Assembly (NCBI GenBank): GCA_964632505.1
Contig: CAZWCE010000027.1
Location: 1 to 40,560 of the forward strand
DNA length: 40,560 nucleotides
Direction: 5' to 3'
Source of the DNA: an uncultured Planctomycetaceae bacterium
Lineage (GTDB): Bacteria > Planctomycetota > Planctomycetia > Pirellulales > Thermoguttaceae
This document shows positions 18,410-31,869 of the stretch, one piece after another. The position numbers were made by a program, and so were the translations under genes. Under the pieces are notes generated by a model. That model was not told where the DNA came from, did not search any database, and saw nothing but the letters and a program-made list of their open reading frames with translations. The stretch's first letter is position 1. Each line of letters opens with the position of its first letter.

Positions 18410-21355
18410 TCAGGGTTGCAGGGAGACATCAAGCAATTCCCACTCCCGTTCGAGCGTCCACTCGATGGGGGCCTCTTCGGGGAGATCGGCCACCGCCTCG
18501 ACCACACGTCGGCAGGAGTAGGTGACTCGTCCGTTGATCATGACGATCAAGTCATCGGGCCGAATGCCGGCCTGATCGGCGAGGCTCTTCGGTCGGACCG
18601 CATCGACGAACGGCGGGGTCCGGGGGCCGACATCGGGCACCAGGCGAATCCCCCATGCGCGTAACCGTCGTAAGCCCTGCTCCACGTTCAAATCGCGTCG
18701 TTCTTCGAGCGAGATTTCGTCGTTCACCGACCGGTCGGGGTCGAGGATACGCTGGAGCGTTTGCCGGATCGCTTCCCGCGGCAACGCATAATTGAGCCAC
18801 GTATGATTTCGGGCGTTGCGGAGTTCTTTACCGATCATTCCGATCAGCGATCCGTCGTCGGTCACTAGGACTCCGCCCGCGCTGCCGGGGTTGCTGGTGA
18901 CGGCGTCGGTGACATAAACTTCTCCACGATAAGGAGTTCGAAAAGCTCCTCGCCGCGTATCCATTTCCCCTTTCAAGGACAACACCCCTTGTTGGACGCT
19001 CACCCCCTCCGCTCCGGTCGAGATATTAAACGGGTTCGAGAATGCCAAGACCGGCATCCCCGCCGCAAGAGCAGGCGTCTTTTCTTCGGAACGGAGGTCA
19101 AAGAAGGGGAGCCCGCCGGCTTCGATCTTCAGGACCGCGATCTCGGTCCTTGGGTCCGCTCCCACCAACTCCGCTTCATAGCGACTGCCGTCGAAGAGGA
19201 CGGCCGTCAGCGGATTCGCTTCCAGCACGTAACTGTAGGCCGTCGCGATGAGCCCCTCCGGCGAGATCAGAAAACCGCTCTGGTAGGCCTCCATGCGGCG
19301 GAATCCCCCTGCGCCGTAGATCTTGACCATCCGCTGCTGGGTTCGGGCAATCGTCCCGCGATCGAATCGAGTCGGAACATCGCTGGAATCTTCGTCCTCG
19401 GAGAAAGTCGAAAGCGACTCAGCACCCGAGGGCAATGTCGCCGGTGGAAGATCCGTCCCCAGCCGGTCGAAATGGGGCGAAAAATGGAGAAGCTGAAAAG
19501 AACCGAACGGATAGTCGCCCCAACGGACTTCCAATCGAGTGGGCGACAAGCGGTCCTGAACGCGGCGATGGTCGCGGAAAAAGACCTCGCACGGGTCTTC
19601 GTTCCGTTTGGTGTAGAGTTCGAGCAGGGCGAGGCGTCCATCTTCGGGGGCGAAATAGAACCATGCCTCGAGCCCTTGCCACTCGACCTGGATCACATCG
19701 CAAAGTCGTTTCAAATTTCCCTCGATCGGCGCGGTACCGAGATAGAGGACTTCTCCGAAATCGAGCTCTCGCCGCTCGGCGAGGAGTCGCCAGAGTACCA
19801 GTGCCGGATACATCCCTCCACTGCCGTTCGGCGACGTCCACAGGAGTCGATCGTCGGCCTGATCGTTCTCGGCCATTTGCGGCGGAAGCCAGGTCCCTTC
19901 GCCCCGAGGCATCTCATACTCAAGGCGATTTCCGGAGAGCGTCCATCGGAATGAATCGCCTCCACCGGTGGTCCCTTCGATTTCCCAGGAGGCGTTGTCT
20001 TCGGTGCCCGCCGGGAATGAGACATCTCGCCATCGCTTCAGCACCCGGTCCCGTTCCGCGCGATTGAAATGGTAGTTGGCCAACCCGGGACGGGACTGAT
20101 AGACGCGGCGAATGTGCACGGGAAGCGGTTCCTCGGCCGGAGCGATGGGAGCGCGGGGAGTCTCGGCATCGTCTTCCTCGGGTGGTTTTTGCGATTTCTC
20201 CGGTTCGTCGTCGGAAGGCTCGTCCGAAGGGGCTTCCGGCAGAGGAATCGGATCGGGCGGGGCGATCAGCCGCTCCGTCATTTCCCGTAGTTCGCTCTCG
20301 TCATGGACTCCCTCAAGGCGAACCAGCATTTCCTGGAGTTTTCCTCCTTCTTCCTTGCGGACGACCATGGGCACACGCCAGCGTCGGGGAAAGATGCCCA
20401 GCAGGTTTTTCAGCGTATTGGCCGAATCGACCTGATAGCCGGCGAACTCGACGATTTCGTCGTCGTACCGAAGACCGCGACGATAAGCATCGGAGGTTTC
20501 CAGGATGTCGACCACCGAAACCTCCCCGTTTTCCCCGGTGGCCACCACGGCCCCCAGAGTGGCATGATCGACGATCCGGCCGCTTTTCAAATGCCCGAGG
20601 AAATTGCGGACCTGGTTGCTCGAAACGGCCCAGCCGATACCGACATTCACGCGACCGCGCTTCTCGAAGGAACCGCGTCCGTTGATGCCGATCAGGTTTC
20701 CCTTTCCATCGAACAGGGGCCCCCCGGAATTGCCGGGGTTGATCGAAGCGTCGGTCTGCAAACAGTCGGCGTATTCAAGGATCGTGCCCGCAGGATACTG
20801 GTACCGATGCACGCCGGAGATGATGCCGGCGGTGATGGTAGGAGAGAAATCCTGGCTGAGCATGAAGGGATTGCCCATCACGTAGGCCGGATCGCCTACC
20901 TGAACCCGATCGCTGTCTCCGAAAACGGCATAGGGAAAATCGTCGCGACCGAGCAGCTTGATCAGGGCGATGTCGCCGGTGGGATCGACCCCGACCAGTA
21001 CGGCATCATAGAGTTTGCCGTCGGGCATTCCACATTTCAGATGAGGTCCGCATGGTTGGACGACGTGGAAGTTGGTCAAAGCGTAGCCATCGGGCGAAAT
21101 GACCACTCCGGATCCCCCGCCGATGCCCTGAGGGCCCGCGATGGCCGAATAGATCGCCAGAACGCTCGGCAACGCCTTTTCGATGGCGGCCAACCGCGCC
21201 GATTCCACTTCTTTCAATCGATGAAGCGAAGCGGCGGCGGGCGAGGTTTCGGCGGTCCTTCCTTCGGACACGCACATCAGCAGTCCCAGTCCCACGGCCA
21301 AAGGCAGCGAGAAAATCCAACGTAAGGAAACAGTCGATCGGCTTCGATTCATCAT
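18410..21355 (-). CDS. Large secreted protein with two trypsin-like (S1C/HtrA) domains and a C-terminal PDZ domain; the second protease domain is catalytically degenerate
   Basis: Domain 1 has TNFHVV and INPGNSGGPLFDGKGNLIGI (intact His and Ser). Domain 2 has TAYSYV and TSNPGSAGGVLVTDDGSLIGMI (His to Ser and Ser to Ala). A PDZ-like C-terminus follows (KSLADQAGIRPDDLIVMINGR). I place the start at the ATG at 21355 (MMNRSRSTVSLRWIFSLPLAVGL, a signal peptide). Confidence 0.8.
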   Translation of the reverse strand: MMNRSRSTVSLRWIFSLPLAVGLGLLMCVSEGRTAETSPAAASLHRLKEVESARLAAIEKALPSVLAIYSAIAGPQGIGGGSGVVISPDGYALTNFHVVQPCGPHLKCGMPDGKLYDAVLVGVDPTGDIALIKLLGRDDFPYAVFGDSDRVQVGDPAYVMGNPFMLSQDFSPTITAGIISGVHRYQYPAGTILEYADCLQTDASINPGNSGGPLFDGKGNLIGINGRGSFEKRGRVNVGIGWAVSSNQVRNFLGHLKSGRIVDHATLGAVVATGENGEVSVVDILETSDAYRRGLRYDDEIVEFAGYQVDSANTLKNLLGIFPRRWRVPMVVRKEEGGKLQEMLVRLEGVHDESELREMTERLIAPPDPIPLPEAPSDEPSDDEPEKSQKPPEEDDAETPRAPIAPAEEPLPVHIRRVYQSRPGLANYHFNRAERDRVLKRWRDVSFPAGTEDNASWEIEGTTGGGDSFRWTLSGNRLEYEMPRGEGTWLPPQMAENDQADDRLLWTSPNGSGGMYPALVLWRLLAERRELDFGEVLYLGTAPIEGNLKRLCDVIQVEWQGLEAWFYFAPEDGRLALLELYTKRNEDPCEVFFRDHRRVQDRLSPTRLEVRWGDYPFGSFQLLHFSPHFDRLGTDLPPATLPSGAESLSTFSEDEDSSDVPTRFDRGTIARTQQRMVKIYGAGGFRRMEAYQSGFLISPEGLIATAYSYVLEANPLTAVLFDGSRYEAELVGADPRTEIAVLKIEAGGLPFFDLRSEEKTPALAAGMPVLAFSNPFNISTGAEGVSVQQGVLSLKGEMDTRRGAFRTPYRGEVYVTDAVTSNPGSAGGVLVTDDGSLIGMIGKELRNARNHTWLNYALPREAIRQTLQRILDPDRSVNDEISLEERRDLNVEQGLRRLRAWGIRLVPDVGPRTPPFVDAVRPKSLADQAGIRPDDLIVMINGRVTYSCRRVVEAVADLPEEAPIEWTLEREWELLDVSLQP

Positions 21356-21446
21356 TTTCGGTATATTTCGAGAAGTCGGATGGGACGGGCAAAATGCAAA
21401 AACACCTCGACACCGAGAAAATCGGTTTGGCGGCATTCATTTTATT

Positions 21447-22787
21447 CTATTCCATGAGTCGGGCATTGGCCAGTATCAGGTGATCGCCCTTGCCCATGTC
21501 GCGACCGAAATCAACGAGGATTTCCAGCCGATCGACCCCTTCCAAGTCGAGGTCGACAGCTCGGGCTGGTTCCGTGCCCGCGAACGTCTCCTCCAGGAGG
21601 ACATTTCCGTCGCCGCGGATGGTCAATTTGACGTTCCCCAATGGGCGGATGCGATCGTCGATACCGACCAACGCTTCGAGACGACGGTATTTGCCTTCCA
21701 AGTCGTATCGCAATTCGGTTCGGCTCTGAAGAGCCAAGCCTTTTTCATAGACTTCCCCGTCGAGCATCAGTCGCCCTTCCGGCCAGCCTGCGTCGAAGTT
21801 GGGCCCGAAGAATGCCGAAAGCCGATCCCGGACCCTCTCGGCGGGAGCATGATCTCGGCGAAAGGTGAAAAACGGAGTCCATCGATAATCGGTCGGCACC
21901 ATTCGGCTCAGAAAGATCATCTTTCCCTGGGAAAAATCGAGGCGTCGAACCTCCTCCAGCGGGGTGGTTCCGGAAAGCCCGCAAGGCGTCTTCCACCGGA
22001 GTGATTGGTCTTCGAGGAAGACCGACTGGAGCATGAGTCGGTTGCCCGCGGTGTCGATCAGTTTCGCGACGGTCGAAGGCAGCTTTTCGTCGTCGCTTTG
22101 AAAATACACGACTCCGAACAATTTTTCACGAGGGACGGGGAGGGTTTCTTCCTCAATCCGGAACTCGACGGTCTTCGGCGTCATCTTGCCGAGGATGCCT
22201 TCGTGATAATCGAGCGAGGGAAGCTCGCCGACGACCAGAAGATCGCCGGGATGGTTGCGATCGAGGATCTCATTCCAGACGATGGGAGATTCCTCCTCCA
22301 AGCGAAATCGAATGGATCGGATTTGATCGGTCGCCATGTCTCGCTTCCGGTCGTCCGTCATCACGACCTCCGCGCCGCTTTCGTCGGTGGTCACTTCTCG
22401 AGCAACCATTCGGCTGCCGTCGATCAAGGTCACCACCAAACGCTTTCCGTCTTCCTCGGCTGGCATCTCTTCCGGCGGGGAGGTCGGGCGAAGCTGCATC
22501 AGCCGTTCCATGGAAAACGTCTCCTCGGCGCCGTCCGCTTCCAAGGAGAAATTCTCGGCATCGAGGGCGACGAGGTGCCCCTTTTCCATTTCGCCATCAA
22601 GGAAGGTTGCTCGAAAAACGGGGCGAGAAGGTTCGTCGCTTTCGGCTGGAGAGGTGAAAAACGCCGGGAGAACGGCGAGAACCAGCAGAAGGGAAAAGGC
22701 CTGCACCTTTCGCGGCGGCCTCGTCGAACTCCGTCGGCGATCACTTTCGGGAAATGGACGCAAGTTGTTTTCCAAAAAGGGGTTCAT
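21447..22787 (-). CDS. Exported protein with a C-terminal NPCBM-like (GH98-associated carbohydrate-binding) domain
   Basis: Signal peptide AFSLLLVLAVLPAFFTSPAES. The C-terminus KYRRLEALVGIDD...GNVKLTIRGDG...DRLEILVDFG...GDHLILANARL matches the NPCBM consensus (kyrrF.a.vGiDd...gsv.F.v.gDG...L.L.v...DHadwa.A.L). Confidence 0.6.
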   Translation of the reverse strand: MNPFLENNLRPFPESDRRRSSTRPPRKVQAFSLLLVLAVLPAFFTSPAESDEPSRPVFRATFLDGEMEKGHLVALDAENFSLEADGAEETFSMERLMQLRPTSPPEEMPAEEDGKRLVVTLIDGSRMVAREVTTDESGAEVVMTDDRKRDMATDQIRSIRFRLEEESPIVWNEILDRNHPGDLLVVGELPSLDYHEGILGKMTPKTVEFRIEEETLPVPREKLFGVVYFQSDDEKLPSTVAKLIDTAGNRLMLQSVFLEDQSLRWKTPCGLSGTTPLEEVRRLDFSQGKMIFLSRMVPTDYRWTPFFTFRRDHAPAERVRDRLSAFFGPNFDAGWPEGRLMLDGEVYEKGLALQSRTELRYDLEGKYRRLEALVGIDDRIRPLGNVKLTIRGDGNVLLEETFAGTEPARAVDLDLEGVDRLEILVDFGRDMGKGDHLILANARLME

Positions 22788-22832
22788 CAGAACACTTCCT
22801 TTCCTGTTGGACGGGAGAATCGCTCAGGATTC

Positions 22833-24626
22833 CTATTCTTCCCGAGGTTCCGCTTGAACCGTTTCGGCATTGGATGCTTCGTGGGGGGATTCGGTTTCCT
22901 CTTTTTTCGGCGGTATCTCGTCGTCGGAGGAGGACCGGGACTCGCTTTCGGAATCGTTGCCGTCGAATCGGGTGAAGGTTTCAGGGAACTCGACGCCGCC
23001 GATGTCCTTCATCACCTGCATCATCGGGGGGAGGGTGCGTGCCATGTTCTGGAGCCAGTTGCCGGTGGCGCTCTGGCCATTCTTCTGTCCCCCTTCCCAT
23101 ACGACGACCTTGTCGAACTTGATGTTCGAAATCGCCCGGGCCGAGGCATCCACCAGATTGTCGAAATGTTCGAGCATGAGCAACTGGAAAGCCTCCTTCG
23201 AGCCACCGCAGGCCTCGACAATTTGCCGGAGACCATCTCCCTTTTTGGCGAGAATTTCGTACTGGCCGCGGGCTTCGGCTTCGAGTTTGGCGTAGATCGC
23301 TTTCGCTTCACCTTCGGCCTCGATGCGTTGGCGTTCCGCTTCCGCCTCCGATTCGACGAGGATGCGTGCCTTTTCCGCCTTGGCGGGAGCTTCGAGTTCG
23401 GCGCGACGACTTGCCTCGATCCTCTCCGCTTCGGCCAGGGCCGCTTTCGCTTGGGCTCGGTGTTCCGCTTCGAGAACGGCCGCCTCGGCCTCGCGTTTGC
23501 GGGTTTCACCCAATTCGAACGCCTCGGCCTCCTTCACCTGAAGGGTCGCTTCCGATGCGGCGATCTCCGCCTTGGAGAGGTTTTCGCCCTCGATGGCTTC
23601 CGCATCGGCTTCGGCCAGTTGGATCCGCATGTCGCGCTCGGCCAGCTTCACCTGGGCCTGCCGCTCGTAGGCGGCCGTTTCCTCGCCGACCTGCTGGTCG
23701 CGGTTCATTTGGGCGATCTTGATCCGCATGTCCCGTTCGGCGTCCTTCACCTGGGTATCGCGCTGGAACTGGGCGGTCTGTTCGCCGATCACCTGATCCT
23801 TGTCCAACTCGGCGATGCGCACTGCCTGCTCGCGCTCGGCGTCCCGTGTGCCGATCATGCGGACCTTGTTGGCGTTGGCGACCTGGATCGCCTTTTCCCG
23901 TTCCGCCTCGGCGACTCGGATTTCGCCCATCTTCTCGTTGTCGGCGACATCGCCGCGCGCTTTTTGGATCGCTTCGGAGGAGGCCTTCTGCCCGATCGCT
24001 TCGATGTAACCCGACTCATCGGTGATATCGGTGATGTTCACGTTGATCAAGACGAGCCCGATCTTCCGGAGTTCGGGATCGAGCGAGGTCTGGATGTTCG
24101 TCAGAAACGCCTCGCGGTCGCGGTTGATCTCCTCGATGCGCATGGAGGCGATCACCTGGCGGAGTTGTCCCAGAATGATGTCTTCGGCCTGTTTTTGCAC
24201 TTCGGTGTTGGTGAGTCCCAAGAGGCGGATGGCGGCGTTCTGCATCAACTCCGGGGTGGTTCCCACCGCGACGGTGAACACGCTCGGCACGTTCACGCGG
24301 ATGTTCTCGATCGAGAGGGCCCCCCGCAATGGGATCTCGATCTGCATCGGCTCCAGGGAGAGGTACGCGTAATCCTGGAACAGAGGATACACGAATCGAG
24401 CACCACCGTGGATGCAGTCGGCCGATTGGCCTTTTTTCGATTTTCCATAAATGACCAGCACCTTATTGCTCGGGCAGCGTTTGAATCGCTTCACCAGCAA
24501 GATGAGCGTGCTGATCAACAGCAGACCGATCAAGACCGCGGCGGTGGCGACGATCATCCAGAAAATGGGGTTTTCCAATCCTTCGTTGGCATCGTCGAAG
24601 GCGGCACTGAAAAGGAGCAGGTTCAT
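22833..24626 (-). CDS. Flotillin-family SPFH/band-7 protein (YqiK/FloT-like)
   Basis: N-terminal TM helix, an SPFH domain, then a long Ala/Glu-rich coiled coil with EA repeats (AEREKAIQVANANKVRMIGTRDAEREQAVRIAELDKD...), typical of flotillins. Confidence 0.9.
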   Translation of the reverse strand: MNLLLFSAAFDDANEGLENPIFWMIVATAAVLIGLLLISTLILLVKRFKRCPSNKVLVIYGKSKKGQSADCIHGGARFVYPLFQDYAYLSLEPMQIEIPLRGALSIENIRVNVPSVFTVAVGTTPELMQNAAIRLLGLTNTEVQKQAEDIILGQLRQVIASMRIEEINRDREAFLTNIQTSLDPELRKIGLVLINVNITDITDESGYIEAIGQKASSEAIQKARGDVADNEKMGEIRVAEAEREKAIQVANANKVRMIGTRDAEREQAVRIAELDKDQVIGEQTAQFQRDTQVKDAERDMRIKIAQMNRDQQVGEETAAYERQAQVKLAERDMRIQLAEADAEAIEGENLSKAEIAASEATLQVKEAEAFELGETRKREAEAAVLEAEHRAQAKAALAEAERIEASRRAELEAPAKAEKARILVESEAEAERQRIEAEGEAKAIYAKLEAEARGQYEILAKKGDGLRQIVEACGGSKEAFQLLMLEHFDNLVDASARAISNIKFDKVVVWEGGQKNGQSATGNWLQNMARTLPPMMQVMKDIGGVEFPETFTRFDGNDSESESRSSSDDEIPPKKEETESPHEASNAETVQAEPREE

Positions 24627-24786
24627 CGAAACATTCCTTTATTCTGTTTCGGGACCTTGGAAATCTCCGTCTTCCGTAGTCCCCGTTTTTTGAAAGATAC
24701 TTCCTTTTTTTTGGAAAGTTCGAGTGCTTACGTCGGGTGGGAAATCATCACGACCATCCGGTGCGATCCCCTGGAGGGCCGCGGAG

Positions 24787-25389
24787 CTACTTGGCATCGG
24801 AGCTTCGCACTTCGACGGTATTGGAGTTGATCGGGCGGACCACGACGATGTTCGCCCCCGAGGGGAGAGCGGCTCCGTTGCTCGTGGCGAGCAGTTCGAG
24901 GGTGCGTCCCCGACAGTCGACCAAGACCTTTCCTGACCCATTTCCTTTTTCCGGAACGGTCAGATACACGCTTCCGAAGGAACCTGGCAGGTCTTTCATT
25001 TGCACGGTTCCGTCGCTCCGGAGGGTGTAGATCGACCGGAACAGGAGGTAGATCAGGTACATCGCGATCAAACCGGAGACGATGGCGATGGCGAAGGCGA
25101 AGAAGTCGTTCACGCCCGCCGCTTGCGCCGCCAGCCCCCCGAGTCCGAAAAAGGCGACCGCGGCGACCATCGTCCGTAGCGAAATGACCCGAAACGCCGA
25201 TCCCGACTCGTCGTCGGTGGCCATCTCCGGATCGGCGTCGGCGCTATCCAAGTCTAGGTCACTGGAGAGTTCGGCGTCGGAAATATCGCCGGCATCCGAA
25301 TCGCTGTCGAACCCCATCATCGCCAGCAGCACCTGGACCACGATGATCACACTACCAAAAATGGCACAGAACAAAAAAATGGTAGACAC
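24787..25389 (-). CDS. NfeD-family (YqiJ-like) membrane protein, the flotillin operon partner
   Basis: Two TM helices flank an acidic loop, followed by a C-terminal OB-fold-like segment GSVYLTVPEKGNGSGKVLVDCRGRTLELLATSNGAALPSGANIVVV. It lies directly upstream of the flotillin gene on the same strand. Confidence 0.8.
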   Translation of the reverse strand: MSTIFLFCAIFGSVIIVVQVLLAMMGFDSDSDAGDISDAELSSDLDLDSADADPEMATDDESGSAFRVISLRTMVAAVAFFGLGGLAAQAAGVNDFFAFAIAIVSGLIAMYLIYLLFRSIYTLRSDGTVQMKDLPGSFGSVYLTVPEKGNGSGKVLVDCRGRTLELLATSNGAALPSGANIVVVRPINSNTVEVRSSDAK

Positions 25390-25480
25390 GGCATTTCCCT
25401 TTCCGGAGAATCAATTAGGCGAATCCCCCCTATGAGCCCCATTATCCGCATAAGCTGATCGGAAAAGCAAGGTTTGCTCG

Positions 25481-25530
25481 CAAAAAAAAACGAAAACGCC
25501 CCTTTTTGTATACCTTGGTCACAAAAAGGG
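25481..25530 (-). terminator. Intrinsic terminator downstream of the M20 peptidase gene (minus strand)
   Basis: Hairpin CCCTTTTTGT / ACAAAAAGGG (25500-25530) with an 11-nt loop. On the minus strand it is followed by CGTTTTCGTTTTTTTTTG. Confidence 0.45.
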
Positions 25531-25706
25531 AACTGCTTGGAATCGCCCAGAGGCGAACCCGGCTGAGAAACGCCGGGCGGTGATGGTACACGATATGCTG
25601 TTCCGGGTAATGATCTCCCGAAGGAGATTCGGACCGGCAAATGTGCCGTCCATCGAGCATCCATTCGCTCCCACGGGTCGAATATTGGGGAAAAATTCCC
25701 CACTTC

Positions 25707-26939
25707 TCACTTTTCTTCCTGCACGGAGGCACCGAGAAGCTGCATCAAAACGCCGGTCGCCTGCGTGAGGGCATCGAGGGCGATCCATTCATCGATGGTG
25801 TGCGCTTGTTCAATCGAGCCGGGCCCGAAGACGACGGTCGGAATACCACACCCCGCGAAAAAAGGAGCGTCGGTCGCGTAATCGACTCCGATGCGCGAGG
25901 GCTCGATCTTCCGGCATGTGAGCGCCTCGGCGAGCCGATCGGCAATGGGGCCGCCTGCCGATTCCGAGAGGGCGCCTGCCGACATGTACGGCGGAAGGAC
26001 CGAGTATTCGAAGTCGAACGCTTGAGCCACAAGATAATCGACCATCTCCCGGTGGACTCCTTCGGACGTCTCCCCCGGCACAAAGCGGCGATCGACGTTC
26101 AGTTCGCACTGATCGGGAACGATGTTCGGGGCGCTTCCGCCGGCGAGCAGACCGACGTTCAGCGAAGGTCGTCCGCAATAGGGATGATCCGTGCTGTGGG
26201 AGAGGACCTCTTCGGCGAAGCGCTCGATGGCGAGGATCAGTCGGGCCATATGGTAGATGGCGTTCTCGCCTTCGGCCGGATTGCTGCCGTGGGCCGCCTT
26301 GCCGTGAGTTCGGCACCGCCACCGGGTGACCCCCTTGTGCGCGACGACGATCCGAAGATCGGTCGGTTCCCCGACGACCGCCCCGTCGGGGAGGCGGGGG
26401 AGAATCTCGTCGAACCGTTCTTCTTGGAACCGTCGGGCAAGATCCTGCGCGCCGGTGAACCCGAACTCCTCGTTGACCGTCAGCGCCACCAAAACCGTCG
26501 GCATGGGAACGTCTTCCGTCGACGGCGAAGTCGTGCGTTGTCGGTCGAGCCGAAGCTTGGCCGCCGCGAGCATGGCGGCCATCGTCCCTTTGACATCGCA
26601 GGCTCCGCGGCCATAGAGCCGCCCGTTTTCGATCGCCGCCTCGAACGGAGCGATCGTCATCCCGTCGACCGGGACGGTGTCCTGATGCGCCTCGAGAAGA
26701 AGCAGGCTTCCGGGAGTCGAAAGGGGAAGATTGCCGTCGAACCGCGCGACGATGTTCTCCCGACCGGGATGGACTTCATATCGGGCAAACGGAACTTCCC
26801 ACTCGCGAAACCACGCTTCCAATCGATCGGTCAAACGGCTTTCGCCGAACGACTCGCCCGAAAGGTCTCTGCCCATGCGGTTCAAGCTCGGTATCCTGAC
26901 CAATTGGCGGAGGAGTTCCGCCGCGAGATCCTCACTCAT
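25707..26939 (-). CDS. M20-family metallopeptidase (ArgE/DapE-like deacylase)
   Basis: LLEAHQDTVPVDG (metal-binding H-x-D), GRGACDVKG and NEEFGFTG motifs. I place the start at the ATG at 26939, which has a GGAAGGTGA ribosome-binding site; the six-frame ORF start at 27029 would overlap the beta-galactosidase gene end. Confidence 0.85.
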   Translation of the reverse strand: MSEDLAAELLRQLVRIPSLNRMGRDLSGESFGESRLTDRLEAWFREWEVPFARYEVHPGRENIVARFDGNLPLSTPGSLLLLEAHQDTVPVDGMTIAPFEAAIENGRLYGRGACDVKGTMAAMLAAAKLRLDRQRTTSPSTEDVPMPTVLVALTVNEEFGFTGAQDLARRFQEERFDEILPRLPDGAVVGEPTDLRIVVAHKGVTRWRCRTHGKAAHGSNPAEGENAIYHMARLILAIERFAEEVLSHSTDHPYCGRPSLNVGLLAGGSAPNIVPDQCELNVDRRFVPGETSEGVHREMVDYLVAQAFDFEYSVLPPYMSAGALSESAGGPIADRLAEALTCRKIEPSRIGVDYATDAPFFAGCGIPTVVFGPGSIEQAHTIDEWIALDALTQATGVLMQLLGASVQEEK

Positions 26940-27034
26940 GTTGCCGTCACCTTCCGTTGTGCATGAAGCGCCTTCGATCAAGAAGGCCCCGAAGCGAAGC
27001 GGGGGAAGCCTCGCTCGGCGACCGTGCATTTGTT

Positions 27035-30957
<3,923 letters not shown>

Positions 30958-31262
30958 AAGTGTACGTAGTGTAACGATTCAGCAGGCCGGGGGAAAGGGT
31001 TGGAGAGGAGTTTTCATCCCCATCCCCCGCCGGGAGAGGCGGCTCGCATCAGGGAAAGGACACCGCAGAGGACGGAATCGAATCTTCTGGAAATCCTCAG
31101 CGGAAGGTGGAATCTCAGTTGACTTTGTCCCTGCGTAACGTAGGTTTGAATAGGGGTTCCCAGAGAACTCCCATAGGGAAAACCGCTTCATTGCTTTTCT
31201 CGATCATACGAAGGATTCCCGAGACATGTTATTTTCTTTTTTTATCATTGACGAGGCCCGCT

Positions 31263-31448
31263 ATGTTCTTTCCCGATGCCGCTCAAAAATTCCTGATCGA
31301 TCAAGAAGGCGCGACCGCCGTTGAATACAGCGTGCTGCTCGCTCTGATTCTCATGGCCGCCATCACGGGCATCACGATGTTCGGCGCCGATCACGCCAAC
31401 ATGTGGTCCGTCACGGTCGATCGCCTCTCGAATGCGATGAATCCGTAA
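31263..31448 (+). CDS. Flp/Fap-family type IVb pilin subunit (orphan)
   Basis: 61 aa MFFPDAAQKFLIDQEGATAVEYSVLLALILMAAITGITMFG, with the Flp motif (G/ATAVEY) and a hydrophobic helix. No tad/cpa genes are in the window. Confidence 0.75.
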   Translation: MFFPDAAQKFLIDQEGATAVEYSVLLALILMAAITGITMFGADHANMWSVTVDRLSNAMNP

Positions 31449-31464
31449 AAAAACCACATCCCGC

Positions 31465-31501
31465 AAAAAGTCGCCTCGATACCTTTCGGCGGCTTTTTTT
31501 C
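31465..31501 (+). terminator. Intrinsic terminator after the flp pilin gene
   Basis: AAAAAGTCGCC (31465-31475), 12-nt loop, GGCGGC (31488-31493), followed by TTTTTTT (31494-31500). The A-run/T-run symmetry suggests bidirectional activity. Confidence 0.6.
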
Positions 31502-31693
31502 TGCGCTTCTCTCGGCGCGCTCTTCACGGCTCCTTGGACCAGAAAGACTGCTTGTCTCCCTGCGCCCCGATCTGGGAAAAAGGTTCCAGGCTTCTTGTTT
31601 CTTGGCGGGAAGCAGGTTTCGCGGCCGATTTTTTAGTAGATCCCACCCCCAAGATCACCTATAATAGATTTACAGAAAATAGGAGATCTAAGC

Positions 31694-31777
31694 ATGGTGC
31701 CGGAAAGGTCGTTTCCGACCGCTGCGCTCTTTCCGGTTCTTCTTGGAGGGCCCGGCCGAATCTCTTTTCATCTCTGA
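31694..31777 (+). other. Candidate 27-codon upstream ORF / leader peptide (MVPERSFPTAALFPVLLGGPGRISFHL) with a strong ribosome-binding site
   Basis: AGGAG at 31681-31685 lies 8 nt before the ATG at 31694. TATAAT at 31660-31665 sits in an AT-rich patch upstream. The ORF ends 22 nt before a perfect terminator hairpin. Confidence 0.25.
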
Positions 31778-31799
31778 GAATAGGGCAGCGTCGCGCGAT

Positions 31800-31831
31800 G
31801 ATCCGTCACGATGGACGGATCCGGTTTTTTT
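31800..31831 (+). terminator. Intrinsic terminator / attenuator hairpin in the kinase leader
   Basis: GATCCGTC (31800-31807), loop ACGATG, GACGGATC (31814-31821), then CGG and TTTTTTT (31825-31831). Confidence 0.55.
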
Positions 31832-31869
31832 CCTTTTCATCGCTCCTTCCCATCCCATTGACGTCACGA

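Noticed and set aside
22005-24830. 941-aa plus-strand ORF spanning the flotillin and NPCBM-protein loci
   Set aside because: It is antisense to a gene with unmistakable flotillin/SPFH homology and has no recognisable motifs. Long antisense ORFs are expected at about 60% GC.
31534-31869. Longer N-terminal extensions of the kinase ORF starting at 31534 or 31798
   Set aside because: The extension would be translated through a T-rich intrinsic terminator hairpin (31800-31831) and the uORF region. The ATG at 31870 follows the terminator and precedes the conserved kinase N-terminal region.
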